Below are positions 1 through 9,772 of a stretch of 64,000 bases of DNA, piece after piece. The notes beneath the pieces were generated by a model. It was not told where the DNA came from and searched no databases. It saw only the letters and a program-made list of their open reading frames with translations. A program made the translations under genes and the position numbers. This DNA comes from a virus. How positions within the stretch are numbered: the first letter of the stretch is position 1; each line of letters opens with the position of its first letter. The stretch is taken from positions 1 through 64,000 of IMG/VR virus record IMGVR_UViG_3300022745_000018. The stretch is one strand, 5' to 3'.

Positions 1-129
1 TTTCATTGAAGACGACACCGTGGTCATTGTAATCAATTTTCTTGATCGTTTCACCATTGATTCTAATGATCCCACGGATCTCTTTTGAATATAGTAGGTC
101 ACCTTCTTGACGGTATGCTTTACAGACTT

Positions 130-348
130 TCATTTCTTTACTTTCTTTGATTTCTTTGGAACATCAACTTCAAGAAGATCACTACGAACACCTTCCCACT
201 CACAATCTACACAGTATGAGCGAGAGTCTGGATCATGCGTCTTCACTGAATGACAATAATGATCTCTAGTATTCACCATGAACATCTGGACATGAGCAGA
301 AGTAACTTGGTCACTTCCACAATCAGGGCATGTATATTTCGTAGTCAT
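130..348 (-). CDS. small Zn-ribbon hypothetical protein
   Basis: 72 aa ORF with CPDC and CVDC pairs; ATGA-type overlap with the upstream ORF. Confidence 0.6.
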   Translation of the reverse strand: MTTKYTCPDCGSDQVTSAHVQMFMVNTRDHYCHSVKTHDPDSRSYCVDCEWEGVRSDLLEVDVPKKSKKVKK

Positions 349-756
349 TTTGATTCTTCCAAAATAGATTCGATGTACATGACGAATAGCGCTTTAGATG
401 TTTCCATTTTCGCTTTGGATATCGAATAATCTCCCAACAGTTCATCGTGTTTAGATTGGATATAAAGTAAATCGCTTAACGAAAGCCCGGTCACCATTTC
501 GATGTTCTTTTGTGACGCGGCTCGAGCGACATCTTCGATCAATTTGTGATCGAGACCTCTTTTGGTAATCCACTTCAATTGAGCATCAGAGAAAAGACAA
601 CCAACAGCGCAATTATTTCCAGAATCATAACGATAACTACACCACCCAACATCCTGACTTGTCTTCGCCCCCAACTTTACCAGCTTTTGTCTGTTTGATA
701 ATGTGTCGCAATGACTCGTTACGAGTACGACATTTGATTCCATTAACAATTTTCAT
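345..756 (-). pseudogene. hypothetical protein, paralog of 753..1172, interrupted by a +1 frameshift in a G5 run (668-672)
   Basis: From ATG at 756 it reads MKIVNGIKCRTRNESLRHIIKQTKAGKVG, matching the neighbour's N-terminus. The C-terminal half (CSYRYDSGNNCAVGCLF...YIESILEESK) lies in another frame. May be a sequencing artefact. Confidence 0.65.
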
Positions 757-1172
757 TTCGATTCTTCCAAAAGAGATTCGATGTACTTGATGAATTTCTG
801 TTGAGCAATTTTTCTTTGTTCTGGGTCCATCTCACAAGCTAATATATCATCATGCTCACATTGAATATCGTATAATGTAGTCAGAGGAATACCGGTGACA
901 GCCTCAATGTTCTCCACAGAGACTCTCTGTGAGAGATCAAGAATGTCCGTATTATTCAACAAACGATCATCAATCCACTTCAGTTGTTCTTTTGTGAAAA
1001 GACAACCAACAGCACAGTTGTTACCAGACTCATATTGGTATGAGCATAAATCACCAAACATGACATGTTGATCGGAGGATTTTGGACCAACTTTACCAGC
1101 TTTGGTTTGCTCGATGATATGCTTCAGCGACTCGTTACGAGTACGACATTTGATTCCGTTAATGGTTTTCAT
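753..1172 (-). CDS. hypothetical protein (CSYxYxSGNNCAVGC motif), tandem paralog
   Basis: ORF track; probable start MKTING at 1172; strong similarity to 345..756. Confidence 0.7.
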   Translation of the reverse strand: MKTINGIKCRTRNESLKHIIEQTKAGKVGPKSSDQHVMFGDLCSYQYESGNNCAVGCLFTKEQLKWIDDRLLNNTDILDLSQRVSVENIEAVTGIPLTTLYDIQCEHDDILACEMDPEQRKIAQQKFIKYIESLLEESK

Positions 1173-1617
1173 TTTGTTCCTTTTCAAGGGCTTTCTCAAG
1201 CCAATAGATCATGGGTTCTGGATTCGTGTCATATGTCCATACTCGCCAAGGATCACGAACACTGTTCGTGGGAAACGTTGGATTTTCATCAAGACTGCAT
1301 TTTTCGTCGCACGGATGTCCAGCGCGAACTTTGGAAAGTGGACATTCTCTACACTTAGCCATCCAACCAGACATATTACATAGAGAACAAGAGTTCCCAT
1401 TGACTTTGAATCGTTCGAATGGTGCAACTGCATCTTCAATGCTTGGTATCGTAGTAGGGCCGCACACAATCACCAAGTCATGTTTTTCTAAATTCTCTAC
1501 ACGCAAGCCACGCCATTTCTGAAGGCTGTGTTTGATCGCCGCTTCATTAGAAGCAGCGTTCGCTTCTTCGCTAGACTCAGTTGGATAGAACTCCTCTTTC
1601 CAAGATTTCATTGACAT
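1159..1617 (-). CDS. Cys-rich hypothetical phage protein
   Basis: ORF with CSLC and CRECPL motifs; probable start MSMKSW. Confidence 0.6.
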   Translation of the reverse strand: MSMKSWKEEFYPTESSEEANAASNEAAIKHSLQKWRGLRVENLEKHDLVIVCGPTTIPSIEDAVAPFERFKVNGNSCSLCNMSGWMAKCRECPLSKVRAGHPCDEKCSLDENPTFPTNSVRDPWRVWTYDTNPEPMIYWLEKALEKEQNENH

Positions 1618-1823
1618 GATGTAGATCCTTTGATTGATGACCAAACTTTACGGTCCCATGCTTCGTATCTGCTACGGATATTTTCGGCTTCCATCTTTGT
1701 CTGCCCGTAGTATGGATGCCCAGATTCATTCTCGGCGCACCAATCGTTGATACCGAACTCAATCTGCTTTTCGAGATTGATGTCTGAGAAAGACGGATTG
1801 AGAACTTCGTACGCAGGTTTCAT
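1608..1823 (-). CDS. hypothetical protein
   Basis: ORF directly downstream of the ACTACATG-class promoter at 1843-1882. Confidence 0.5.
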   Translation of the reverse strand: MKPAYEVLNPSFSDINLEKQIEFGINDWCAENESGHPYYGQTKMEAENIRSRYEAWDRKVWSSIKGSTSCQ

Positions 1824-1842
1824 GATAGCATTCCGATTTGTT

Positions 1843-1882
1843 TGTCGATGATTGAATTGTATATCACCAACAAACATGTAGT
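1843..1882 (-). promoter_or_regulatory. ACTACATG-N13-TACAAT promoter with CATCGACA start region
   Basis: One of four copies with identical 13-bp spacing. Confidence 0.7.
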
Positions 1883-2148
1883 CATTTCTTCGTCAGACGC
1901 GGGTCGGGGTAATAACTGGGAAACGTGTCAGCCGACTTTTTGTTGTATGCTACTGCTTTCAAAGACGCAAATGCTTTATTGAGAGCTTTGCGAGCATTGT
2001 CATATTGAATATCTTCTCGCCAAACGCCGTCATAGTGTCCAGAGCATTCGCGCTTTGCTTCGATCAAAGCATCTCGAGCGATGAGGTATTCGTCCAGAAT
2101 ATCGGCGAAATCCAAAGGTGTAGAATCTTCAGTTGTCAACATAACCAT
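1882..2148 (-). CDS. hypothetical helical protein
   Basis: ORF track; resembles the C-terminal half of 3938..4336. Confidence 0.55.
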   Translation of the reverse strand: MVMLTTEDSTPLDFADILDEYLIARDALIEAKRECSGHYDGVWREDIQYDNARKALNKAFASLKAVAYNKKSADTFPSYYPDPRLTKK

Positions 2149-2377
2149 TCACCTTTCCATTAGCATCAAATGTACCATAGTTAAGATTCAGATCAAAAGC
2201 AGCAGACTCAACTTCAGCGATGACAATTCGCGAAATTTCGTGACTAGTACCTTTCGGCCAATTCTGAACCGGCTTAAGCAAAGTTTCCTCAGCGGTTTTT
2301 TTCGTATCGTAGAGGTACTTGGCATACACTTTTGCTGGTGTATCAAAGCTCTTTTCGTGGATGAATTCGTATTCCAT
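2129..2377 (-). CDS. hypothetical protein
   Basis: ORF in a tightly packed minus-strand run. Confidence 0.5.
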   Translation of the reverse strand: MEYEFIHEKSFDTPAKVYAKYLYDTKKTAEETLLKPVQNWPKGTSHEISRIVIAEVESAAFDLNLNYGTFDANGKVNGYVDN

Positions 2378-2383
2378 GATGTA

Positions 2384-2599
2384 TTACCCGTTAAGTGCTT
2401 TTGATGTTGCATTCAAACAGGCATCAACGAGATCTCCCAATGTGGCACCGCTTGGGTCTACATATTCGCCTAAGCTTATACCGGAATGCGACAGCACTTC
2501 ACAAATAGCTTGGTTTAACACCAATGCATCTGAGATCACTTTGGACTGAGGATCTTCACCAACCATCGGTTCGTCACTGATGCGACTACCAACAGCCAT
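2384..2599 (-). CDS. hypothetical protein
   Basis: ORF with an AGGA Shine-Dalgarno-like site upstream. Confidence 0.5.
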   Translation of the reverse strand: MAVGSRISDEPMVGEDPQSKVISDALVLNQAICEVLSHSGISLGEYVDPSGATLGDLVDACLNATSKALNG

Positions 2600-2698
2600 T
2601 TTTCCTGTTCACGGAGAGCATCTTCCATCGTATGAAAGACTCCTTGGATCGTTCCGTTTTCAAGAATGAGTACTTTTGCATATTTCATGTTCTGTTCC

Positions 2699-2980
2699 TC
2701 AAAACAAATTCTGTTGACTGCTGCGAGCAAGTATCTCGGCACTATATGGGCTGCGAGACAGACCAGCTTCGGCAGTTTTCTTTACGAAATTCTTCGCGGC
2801 TTTTGCTGTTTTTGTTCTAGCTATCGCCACAATCATCCGAGCATCATCATAAATGATCGTTTCGATTTGATCATAAGGCGCCCAATCGCGTTCCCGGCTT
2901 TGAGCAAGTTTGTGTTCTACATCAAAAGTGATGCCGTTCTGAATGATTCGTTCATTAGTAGGAGCAACAAGCTTTGACAT
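2699..2980 (-). CDS. hypothetical protein
   Basis: ORF with GAAGGA SD, downstream of promoter 3004-3043. Confidence 0.6.
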   Translation of the reverse strand: MSKLVAPTNERIIQNGITFDVEHKLAQSRERDWAPYDQIETIIYDDARMIVAIARTKTAKAAKNFVKKTAEAGLSRSPYSAEILARSSQQNLF

Positions 2981-3003
2981 TTTGTTTCCTTCGGTTGTTC
3001 GTT

Positions 3004-3043
3004 TGTCGATGGATGAATTTTATTTGGAGTAGCTTCATGTAGT
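3004..3043 (-). promoter_or_regulatory. ACTACATG-N13-TAAAAT promoter with CATCGACA start region
   Basis: Motif copy with 13-bp spacer in an intergenic gap. Confidence 0.7.
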
Positions 3044-3094
3044 AGATAACACCAAAACGGCCATTGAAGACCGTTCTGAAAATTGCGAATTGTT

Positions 3095-3700
3095 TTAGTT
3101 TGACTTCAGATAGTCAATGAGATCCGGAATCTTCTCTTGAGATGCAGGACTAAATGTGTATGTTATACCGTGCTTAGATGACCCTACAATCATACTAGAT
3201 CCTAGGATCTTTTTCCCTGTGGAATACCAATCCGGTGGACTGCGCTTCGTCCAGACGGCGAATTCCTTTGCTACAATGTAATAGTAGCGATACTGACGGA
3301 TGACGTCATCCTCGTCATTGATGTTGAAAACTTTGTAGACATCTTTGCATGCAACGGCTGGACAGGTCCACGTGTCTTCTAAACCGTGCGACGTTTCCAG
3401 ATGCGGCAACAATCTAAGGGAAGCATGTGGCTTCTCCCGGCCTTTACGCCACTTCATTTCAGTCTCTAAAGCAAGAGCGTGGTCAAGGACCCATCTGTAA
3501 TTTTTAGTACCGGATCGAACCCAAACTGAAGATGGATGATTGATGTGCGTCGATTTGTAGAAAACGTCTGGTGTAGGATGACCAGATAGTCGCTGAGATG
3601 TAGATAGCATCTGAACAGATTCCAAGATCATCTTCTGATGCGCATCGCATAACATCGTCGCTGCTTTATAGGGTGACTTGTCTAAATAAAAGATATTCAT
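3095..3700 (-). CDS. pyrimidine-dimer DNA glycosylase / DenV-like family protein
   Basis: Family-typical MNIFYLD...KMILESxQMLST...YKSTHINHPS. Confidence 0.7.
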   Translation of the reverse strand: MNIFYLDKSPYKAATMLCDAHQKMILESVQMLSTSQRLSGHPTPDVFYKSTHINHPSSVWVRSGTKNYRWVLDHALALETEMKWRKGREKPHASLRLLPHLETSHGLEDTWTCPAVACKDVYKVFNINDEDDVIRQYRYYYIVAKEFAVWTKRSPPDWYSTGKKILGSSMIVGSSKHGITYTFSPASQEKIPDLIDYLKSN

Positions 3701-3728
3701 GGTGCTATTGTATCATAGTTTCTTGGCA

Positions 3729-3938
3729 TCAAAGTATGAAACCAGACACCAAGATGAACGCAGCAAGGTACAGATTGACTACTGGAACGAACCCAAGAAA
3801 TGCGACCACTGCAAGCGATATGATTGTTCCTTTGTCATTAGTATACCAGCGCCGACAATCAATAATCCCAGAAATAACTCTCCATTCCACCACAATCATC
3901 GAAATTAAGTACAAGAAATCGATTGATTCTAACATCAT
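3729..3938 (-). CDS. small membrane protein
   Basis: Two hydrophobic segments. Confidence 0.5.
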   Translation of the reverse strand: MMLESIDFLYLISMIVVEWRVISGIIDCRRWYTNDKGTIISLAVVAFLGFVPVVNLYLAAFILVSGFIL

Positions 3939-4336
3939 TACGCACCTTTCATTGAAAGAGATTCAAATGCTTCATCCAAGTCATTCTTTGCTCGAATGTA
4001 AGACCCTTGAAGAGTGAAGTATTGAGGACCGTAACGTGCGTCTGGACTACGCAGCATTTCCTGAGCTGATAGATATGCATCTAAGAGTTCTGTGAATTTG
4101 CGTTTAGGCGGTGTTAGAGGATCACTCATTTGAAAATCCCTATTGTATGTATCAAAGAATTCTTGTAGATTCTCGTAAGGCTCACGCTGCCGGCGTGCTT
4201 CAATAACTACACGTCCGTCATCCAAAATACTAAACGTGAATCTTGTGGTGGACATCACGAACTGATATTCACCAGTCTCTCGCCCATCCTTTAGTTTCTG
4301 GGCTATTGTCAAATACTCGTCTTTAGTCAGAATCAT
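3938..4336 (-). CDS. hypothetical protein
   Basis: ORF track; probable start MILTKDEY. Confidence 0.55.
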   Translation of the reverse strand: MILTKDEYLTIAQKLKDGRETGEYQFVMSTTRFTFSILDDGRVVIEARRQREPYENLQEFFDTYNRDFQMSDPLTPPKRKFTELLDAYLSAQEMLRSPDARYGPQYFTLQGSYIRAKNDLDEAFESLSMKGA

Positions 4337-4337
4337 G

Positions 4338-4772
4338 TCAACAGAACGCTTGGTTGAGGTTTGTGAATGTGATGAAAGTATCACCAGATGCAACTTTGCG
4401 GTGGACACTATATTCTATGTTATACCAATCACCGATTGTATTCTCTTGCCAATTGTCGCAACGCTTACTAACATAAACGTCTTTGTAAGTATATCCAGAC
4501 TCTGTTTGGAACGTCACATAGAAATGCTTCGGTGGATTCATTGATAGAAGTTTGACACGCAGAACTTGATTTATACTAACGACTACAGAATCAGGTTCTT
4601 TAGATTTCACACCACCGATCACAAGCACGATCAAAAGTACACAGAAAACAATCCCAGACAAATCTACATTCGCTGGGTTGTCTTTGGAAATGTTTTCGAA
4701 AAAGAAGTATGCAGTGATTGCAAAGAACGATGCAATCAATAGAGGTACAACAAATTCCACAAAGATTGTCAT
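4338..4772 (-). CDS. membrane protein with two N-terminal TM helices
   Basis: Hydrophobic N-terminus followed by a soluble domain. Confidence 0.6.
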   Translation of the reverse strand: MTIFVEFVVPLLIASFFAITAYFFFENISKDNPANVDLSGIVFCVLLIVLVIGGVKSKEPDSVVVSINQVLRVKLLSMNPPKHFYVTFQTESGYTYKDVYVSKRCDNWQENTIGDWYNIEYSVHRKVASGDTFITFTNLNQAFC

Positions 4773-4978
4773 TTTAGATTCTCCAACTCAACAAAATGTT
4801 TACCATCAGGACCGCACGAACCGGACACTCTCTGAACGGAGCAATGCAGTAGATACTTCTTTCCAGTTACAAGATCGGTCTCAAGATGAGTACAAAGATA
4901 ATGCTCGCCCTGAAGTTTCACTAGAAGTGGGTATTCACTAGGATTGCAGCAATTGACGCAGTTGACACAGAGCTTCAC
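4769..4978 (-). CDS. Cys-rich hypothetical protein
   Basis: CVNC...C...C...CGPDGK pattern; overlapping start and stop codons. Confidence 0.55.
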   Translation of the reverse strand: MKLCVNCVNCCNPSEYPLLVKLQGEHYLCTHLETDLVTGKKYLLHCSVQRVSGSCGPDGKHFVELENLK

Positions 4979-5187
4979 GTTTTGACCTTTGGTGCCGGTG
5001 CTGTCATTTGTTTAGAACCTGGTGTGCTCAACCAGATTTCGCCTGTAGGATCGACTTCGGCTTGCATCTTCCAAAGATCAGCCAGTTTGGCTTTGGCTCG
5101 ATTGCGAGTATGACTGTCGTCTGACATCTCAAATGTCCAATCGAAATTCGCAAGAGCGGTTTTGTATCGTTTAAGTATTTCGTTCAT
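4975..5187 (-). CDS. hypothetical protein (probably leaderless)
   Basis: ATG starts 6 nt after the -10 box of promoter 5194-5220. Confidence 0.6.
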   Translation of the reverse strand: MNEILKRYKTALANFDWTFEMSDDSHTRNRAKAKLADLWKMQAEVDPTGEIWLSTPGSKQMTAPAPKVKT

Positions 5188-5193
5188 GATTGA

Positions 5194-5220
5194 ATTGTAT
5201 TCACCCAACGATCATGTAGT
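5194..5220 (-). promoter_or_regulatory. ACTACATG-N13-TACAAT promoter
   Basis: Motif copy with 13-bp spacer. Confidence 0.65.
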
Positions 5221-5544
5221 CGAATACGGACCGTCTATATCACGCTTCAGTGTTTCGCGATAGAACTCAATCATCTTTAGATCGACTAAACCAAGTGTCT
5301 CTCGGACTATCTGATCTGTTGGTAAATCTCTAATGACACGATCGTAGAGTACATCATGCAATGAAGTTCCCGGTTTGCGATTTAGGAAGATTTTGTTTCA
5401 AAGGTATGGGTTCTCTCTCTTGCTGGTTCTACCTTAGCACCGAAACCACAGATACCGATATTATCTTCACTGATGCGCTCGTCTGAAACACCTAGCCTAT
5501 ACGCATCGGCACATACTTGAGACAAGATTGCGCGAATCCCTAAA

Positions 5545-5991
5545 TCAGACATCACTCTTCCCTCTCCCAATCTCTGCTGCGGCTCTAACGATTGCGCGGC
5601 GTTTGGCGGCAGCAATATCAGAACCAATGGGCTCATGCCACATCGTTCGAATTCCGTTCCGAATTCTAGCGCTCACATAACCTTTCTCCGGAACTTCCAT
5701 GGTATAGATATTCAACTCTTTCGCTAGATGATTTGCACACAAATCATTCTCTAAAGGATTCCAATAGAAATTACCAACAGATTTGTGTTGATATTCGCCG
5801 TTGCCTATTAGTAGATACCCAAGAGCCAACGCCGCGAGATCTGTTAGTTCTCCATCAGATGTCTGATCATCTAGTTTTGAATAGTCGCCGACGTTAGTAT
5901 CACCAAACCACACAACCAGTTCGCACTCCATATACCCTCCCGGGCAACTAACGAATCCACTTTCGTTTGGCTTAGTCATTTTGTATTCCAT
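5545..5991 (-). CDS. hypothetical phage protein
   Basis: Contains WNPLxN and C-terminal RRAIVRAAAEIG, a pattern common in phage small proteins. Confidence 0.6.
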   Translation of the reverse strand: MEYKMTKPNESGFVSCPGGYMECELVVWFGDTNVGDYSKLDDQTSDGELTDLAALALGYLLIGNGEYQHKSVGNFYWNPLENDLCANHLAKELNIYTMEVPEKGYVSARIRNGIRTMWHEPIGSDIAAAKRRAIVRAAAEIGRGKSDV

Positions 5992-6203
5992 GCATCAACG
6001 GCTTCTTTGTCCAACTTGATGCATTCACTCGCTGTTTGCCATTGCTTCCTAGAAGTCGGTGATGGATTCAAGAGTTCAAGATAGATGTTTCTGCATTTAG
6101 GGTTCTTTGGAAATCCCTTAATGACATAGATGTGATTGTAGTAAACCACATAGTCACCACAAACCAGATCTTGATCGATCTTATCTTTCATCACGCACCT
6201 CAT
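5976..6203 (-). CDS. hypothetical protein
   Basis: ORF in the operon. Confidence 0.5.
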   Translation of the reverse strand: MRCVMKDKIDQDLVCGDYVVYYNHIYVIKGFPKNPKCRNIYLELLNPSPTSRKQWQTASECIKLDKEAVDAWNTK

Positions 6204-7165
6204 GCTGGGTTGATTGGAATGACTTTTGGTGTATGTACTGTTGGTTTTCCATTACCGATGGAAGGTTTAGCGACATCGGGGTGCTGACGCATCCATTCTT
6301 GTACGAACCACAATTGACCGCAACCACCGCCAATGTCATCTTGACCTGCTGGATTGAAGCAGCGAGTCGAATATCCACGTTCGACTAGCAGCGTCATGAA
6401 TCCCTCTGCCAGTTCTCGTTGACGCTGGTTCGCAGCAGCCACACTCTCATCACGTTCGCAAACAACAGAAACAGTCGCTTGCCAGATAGCAGGATCAAAG
6501 ATTGTATTCAAACGATCGGCATCACGAACCGAACTGTTGTCTTCATGGGCGCAATAGTTGAAGAATGGTTGGCGGCCAGTTGCTTTGAACCATTCAGCAC
6601 CTTCAATTCCAATTTCATGGAGAGTCATCTTGGCTTTGAATGGAATCAAGTCATTACGAGCTTCATCTGTGCTTTCGTGGACAGAAAATTGTAGACCAAC
6701 TGTTGGAACCTCGACACTCAATTCACGAAGAGGTTTGTAATCAACATCAGGACCAGACGTCGAGATCAATAGAGCAAATCGAGGATACAGTGCATGGAGC
6801 TTGCGAATTGCTTCGCCAAGGTTCTTGAAGTTAAGCATCGGTTCGCCCATACTCATGAACATAATCTGACATTTCTTGACCCTTTCAACATCAATCTGAC
6901 GGTCAGCAAACAGATATTGAACTTGAGCAACAATTTCATCTGCAGTCAAACTACGAACAAAGTTATCACCTGCCCCACAGAATCGACAACCAACTGGACA
7001 ACCGGATTGTGTTGAGCAACAGATGACGGTTCGATCTTCATATGTCGGATATTTGTAGAGGACTGCTTCGGCTACCGCAGGTGTAGAACCCTTGGTAAAT
7101 TCGAACACATATTTGCTGACATTTTCGTCAGAAGAATCAACACGTTTCACATTCATCATATTCAA
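6200..7165 (-). CDS. RlmN/Cfr-family radical SAM (RNA methyltransferase-like) enzyme
   Basis: CSTQSGCPVGCRFC cluster-binding region, FMSMGEP, SVH and C-terminal DIGGGCGQL motifs characteristic of RlmN/Cfr. Confidence 0.85.
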   Translation of the reverse strand: MNMMNVKRVDSSDENVSKYVFEFTKGSTPAVAEAVLYKYPTYEDRTVICCSTQSGCPVGCRFCGAGDNFVRSLTADEIVAQVQYLFADRQIDVERVKKCQIMFMSMGEPMLNFKNLGEAIRKLHALYPRFALLISTSGPDVDYKPLRELSVEVPTVGLQFSVHESTDEARNDLIPFKAKMTLHEIGIEGAEWFKATGRQPFFNYCAHEDNSSVRDADRLNTIFDPAIWQATVSVVCERDESVAAANQRQRELAEGFMTLLVERGYSTRCFNPAGQDDIGGGCGQLWFVQEWMRQHPDVAKPSIGNGKPTVHTPKVIPINPA

Positions 7166-7176
7166 GTTCCTTTAGG

Positions 7177-7992
7177 TTACAGAAGCCCTTTAGCTTTCAA
7201 TTTTGCAATTTCTTTTTCAACATGAGGACGATAGACATCACCGATCTTCCTACCAAATTCATAATCGCGAATCTGACCGTCCATCAATGCATTACCATCG
7301 TTGAAGCGTTCTTCAAATGAGGCAGTTGCCTTTGGTGCGAAATGGTATTCGTCATGTTCCATTGTCATAGCGACTTTCCCGTCACGCACAACGAATGTAA
7401 TGATTGGTTTTGTGTCGTCTTCACATGATTCACCGCTATAAAGAGTCCCTGTCATTTTCAGATATGGGAATGCTTTTGCGATGCGATGAAGTTCTCCATA
7501 GACTTCGGAAACCGATGGCCATTTTCCAATGTTATCTTCATGGAAGATGCGTCCATCTAGCCAGCACCATCCATGTTCACCAAAAATGAACGATGACGAA
7601 ATTTGATTCGTGTAAAGGTATTCTAGCGGCAACTGTTTGGTAGCTTTTGAGATACGACCTTGGATATTCCAGATTTCTCCCAATGTAGCGAACCGATTAG
7701 TTTCTAATTCCTCAGTTTGGTCGCTACAGATCCCAATCGCGGCTCGATTTACCTTTTCGTAAAGGTCATTGATCGGCGTAGATCCCATGACATCTCGAAG
7801 ATACTTGTTCCAAATTCTGTCGTTTCCACCGGAATACGAAGAAAGGAACTCAGTCAAGTAATAATCGCATCGACAGATGATGTCAACAGCTTGCTCTTCG
7901 GTGACAGATTCACCAGTTACATAGAACTGTGGCCACTTAGGCAATCCTAGAGCAAATGCTTCTTTCTTGGATACTCGGTTTTTCATATTCAC
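7177..7992 (-). CDS. hypothetical protein
   Basis: 271 aa ORF; LPKWPQ and NIGKWP motifs; function not recognised. Confidence 0.7.
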   Translation of the reverse strand: MNMKNRVSKKEAFALGLPKWPQFYVTGESVTEEQAVDIICRCDYYLTEFLSSYSGGNDRIWNKYLRDVMGSTPINDLYEKVNRAAIGICSDQTEELETNRFATLGEIWNIQGRISKATKQLPLEYLYTNQISSSFIFGEHGWCWLDGRIFHEDNIGKWPSVSEVYGELHRIAKAFPYLKMTGTLYSGESCEDDTKPIITFVVRDGKVAMTMEHDEYHFAPKATASFEERFNDGNALMDGQIRDYEFGRKIGDVYRPHVEKEIAKLKAKGLL

Positions 7993-7998
7993 TTTCAG

Positions 7999-8805
7999 TT
8001 AGACGGCAACAGGTGCTTTGATTGCTGGATGGTGTTGGTAATTGATAACCTCAAAGTCATCAAATGCATACTGGTTGATATTTTCTGGCTTCCGTTTGAT
8101 ATTCAATTGCGGAAACTTCAATGGCGTTCTAGCGAGCTGTTCCTTCGCTTGATTGACATGATTGCTGTAGAGGTGGACATCACCACCAGTCCAAATGAAT
8201 TCACCTACACTCAAATCGCATTGCTGAGCAATCATATGAGTCAACAATGAATAGCTTGCGATGTTGTAAGGAACACCCAGGAACACATCAGCACTACGCT
8301 GATACAACTGGCATGACAGTTTCCCGTCATTCACGTAAAACTGAAAAAACGCATGACAAGGCATGAGTGCCATCTTGTCCAGATCGGCCACGTTCCAAGC
8401 GCTCACAATGATGCGGCGGGAATCGGGGTTGGACTTGAGCGTTTGAATGACCTGTGAGATTTGGTCGATGTGGCCACCGTTCGGGGTGGGCCAACTGCGC
8501 CATTGAACACCATAGACAGGGCCGAGGTCACCATTCTCATCAGCCCATTCATCCCAGATGGTAACACCATTGTCTTTCAGGAACTTTGTGTTCGTTTCAC
8601 CACGCAGGAACCAAAGCAATTCGATGGCGATGGACTTGAAATGCAATTTCTTCGTGGTAATCAGCGGAAATCCTTCATTTAGATCAAAACGCATCTGATG
8701 GCCGAACTTTGAATATGTACCAGTACCAGTACGGTCAAGTTTGACCTTAGAAGTGGCTGCCAAGTCCACCAGACTCCGTAGCAGTTTTTCGTATTCAATG
8801 TTCAT
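7999..8805 (-). CDS. thyA: thymidylate synthase
   Basis: DRTGTGT, GPVYGx[29 protein letters not shown] motifs. Confidence 0.97.
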   Translation of the reverse strand: MNIEYEKLLRSLVDLAATSKVKLDRTGTGTYSKFGHQMRFDLNEGFPLITTKKLHFKSIAIELLWFLRGETNTKFLKDNGVTIWDEWADENGDLGPVYGVQWRSWPTPNGGHIDQISQVIQTLKSNPDSRRIIVSAWNVADLDKMALMPCHAFFQFYVNDGKLSCQLYQRSADVFLGVPYNIASYSLLTHMIAQQCDLSVGEFIWTGGDVHLYSNHVNQAKEQLARTPLKFPQLNIKRKPENINQYAFDDFEVINYQHHPAIKAPVAV

Positions 8806-9341
8806 TCGGTTTCTTTCTTGAACTCAAAAGTCTTCTTGATGTCATCCCACGCTTTTGGGAAGAAGTTCATGTCAGTACAATCACAACTAACATTGAAGTA
8901 ACGGCGGTCACGATCACCATCTGCAAGCTTCACGTAATTTGAATGCAAATGACCGTGTACGCAACCTTTCCATCGTTCCAATTGGTTTTCATGAACTGGG
9001 ATGTGTGTCAGAACGAATCCGTCGTATTCACGAGAACCAAAGACTTTCGTGAAGTACTTTCCCATCAACTCAATCGAATAGAGATCGTGATTTCCAAGAA
9101 TCAGACTCTTGGTTCCGTTCAATCGAGCCACCTTATCAAGATGTTTCTTATTGATCACGACATCACCGAGAACAATGACTTTGTCGTTTGGACCAACAAC
9201 GGAATTCCAATTGGAAATGATGGTTTCATCCATCGTTTCAACATCTGGGAATGGTCGTAGCGGTTGACCGTCTTCTCTAACAAACTTCAGTGCATTTGTA
9301 TGACCGAAGTGTAGATCTGAAATCAGAAATGTAGTGCTCAT
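8802..9341 (-). CDS. calcineurin-like metallophosphoesterase
   Basis: SDLHFGH, LGD, GNHD, HGHLH motifs. Confidence 0.9.
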   Translation of the reverse strand: MSTTFLISDLHFGHTNALKFVREDGQPLRPFPDVETMDETIISNWNSVVGPNDKVIVLGDVVINKKHLDKVARLNGTKSLILGNHDLYSIELMGKYFTKVFGSREYDGFVLTHIPVHENQLERWKGCVHGHLHSNYVKLADGDRDRRYFNVSCDCTDMNFFPKAWDDIKKTFEFKKETE

Positions 9342-9547
9342 CAATTCACCATGAATGATTGGAACTGCGTACCCAGTAAGCCTGCGCAGATCAAAATAAG
9401 GATGACGAAGATGATGAGCGGCCAAGTGCGCATGAACTGCCCGTCGTGTGGACGGTAGTGTTCAATTGCATTTGCATAGTCGGGACGAAGCCAAGTCTCA
9501 CCAGCGCGGCGAGCAAAGCGGATGTTTTGGTAATCCATTGAATTCAT
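9341..9547 (-). CDS. small membrane protein
   Basis: C-terminal TM helix. Confidence 0.5.
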   Translation of the reverse strand: MNSMDYQNIRFARRAGETWLRPDYANAIEHYRPHDGQFMRTWPLIIFVILILICAGLLGTQFQSFMVN

Positions 9548-9558
9548 TTTGTGTTTCC

Positions 9559-9756
9559 TTAATGAGAACGTTTGACCGTGAGAGTTGTGTCTGTTTTGCT
9601 GATGATGTCAGATTCAGCAATCTCGTACTCGTCATCAACGAGGAGCCAAGTTTTGCCGTCTTCTTTGTATGCATAGACGACAGTACCATGAGGTTCAGAT
9701 GCATCATTATAGATGACTTTCTTACCATCATAGATATTCACATGTTCACAGATCAT
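9559..9756 (-). CDS. hypothetical protein
   Basis: AAGGA SD; downstream of promoter 9773-9812. Confidence 0.55.
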   Translation of the reverse strand: MICEHVNIYDGKKVIYNDASEPHGTVVYAYKEDGKTWLLVDDEYEIAESDIISKTDTTLTVKRSH

Positions 9757-9772
9757 TTTAGTTTCCTTTATG

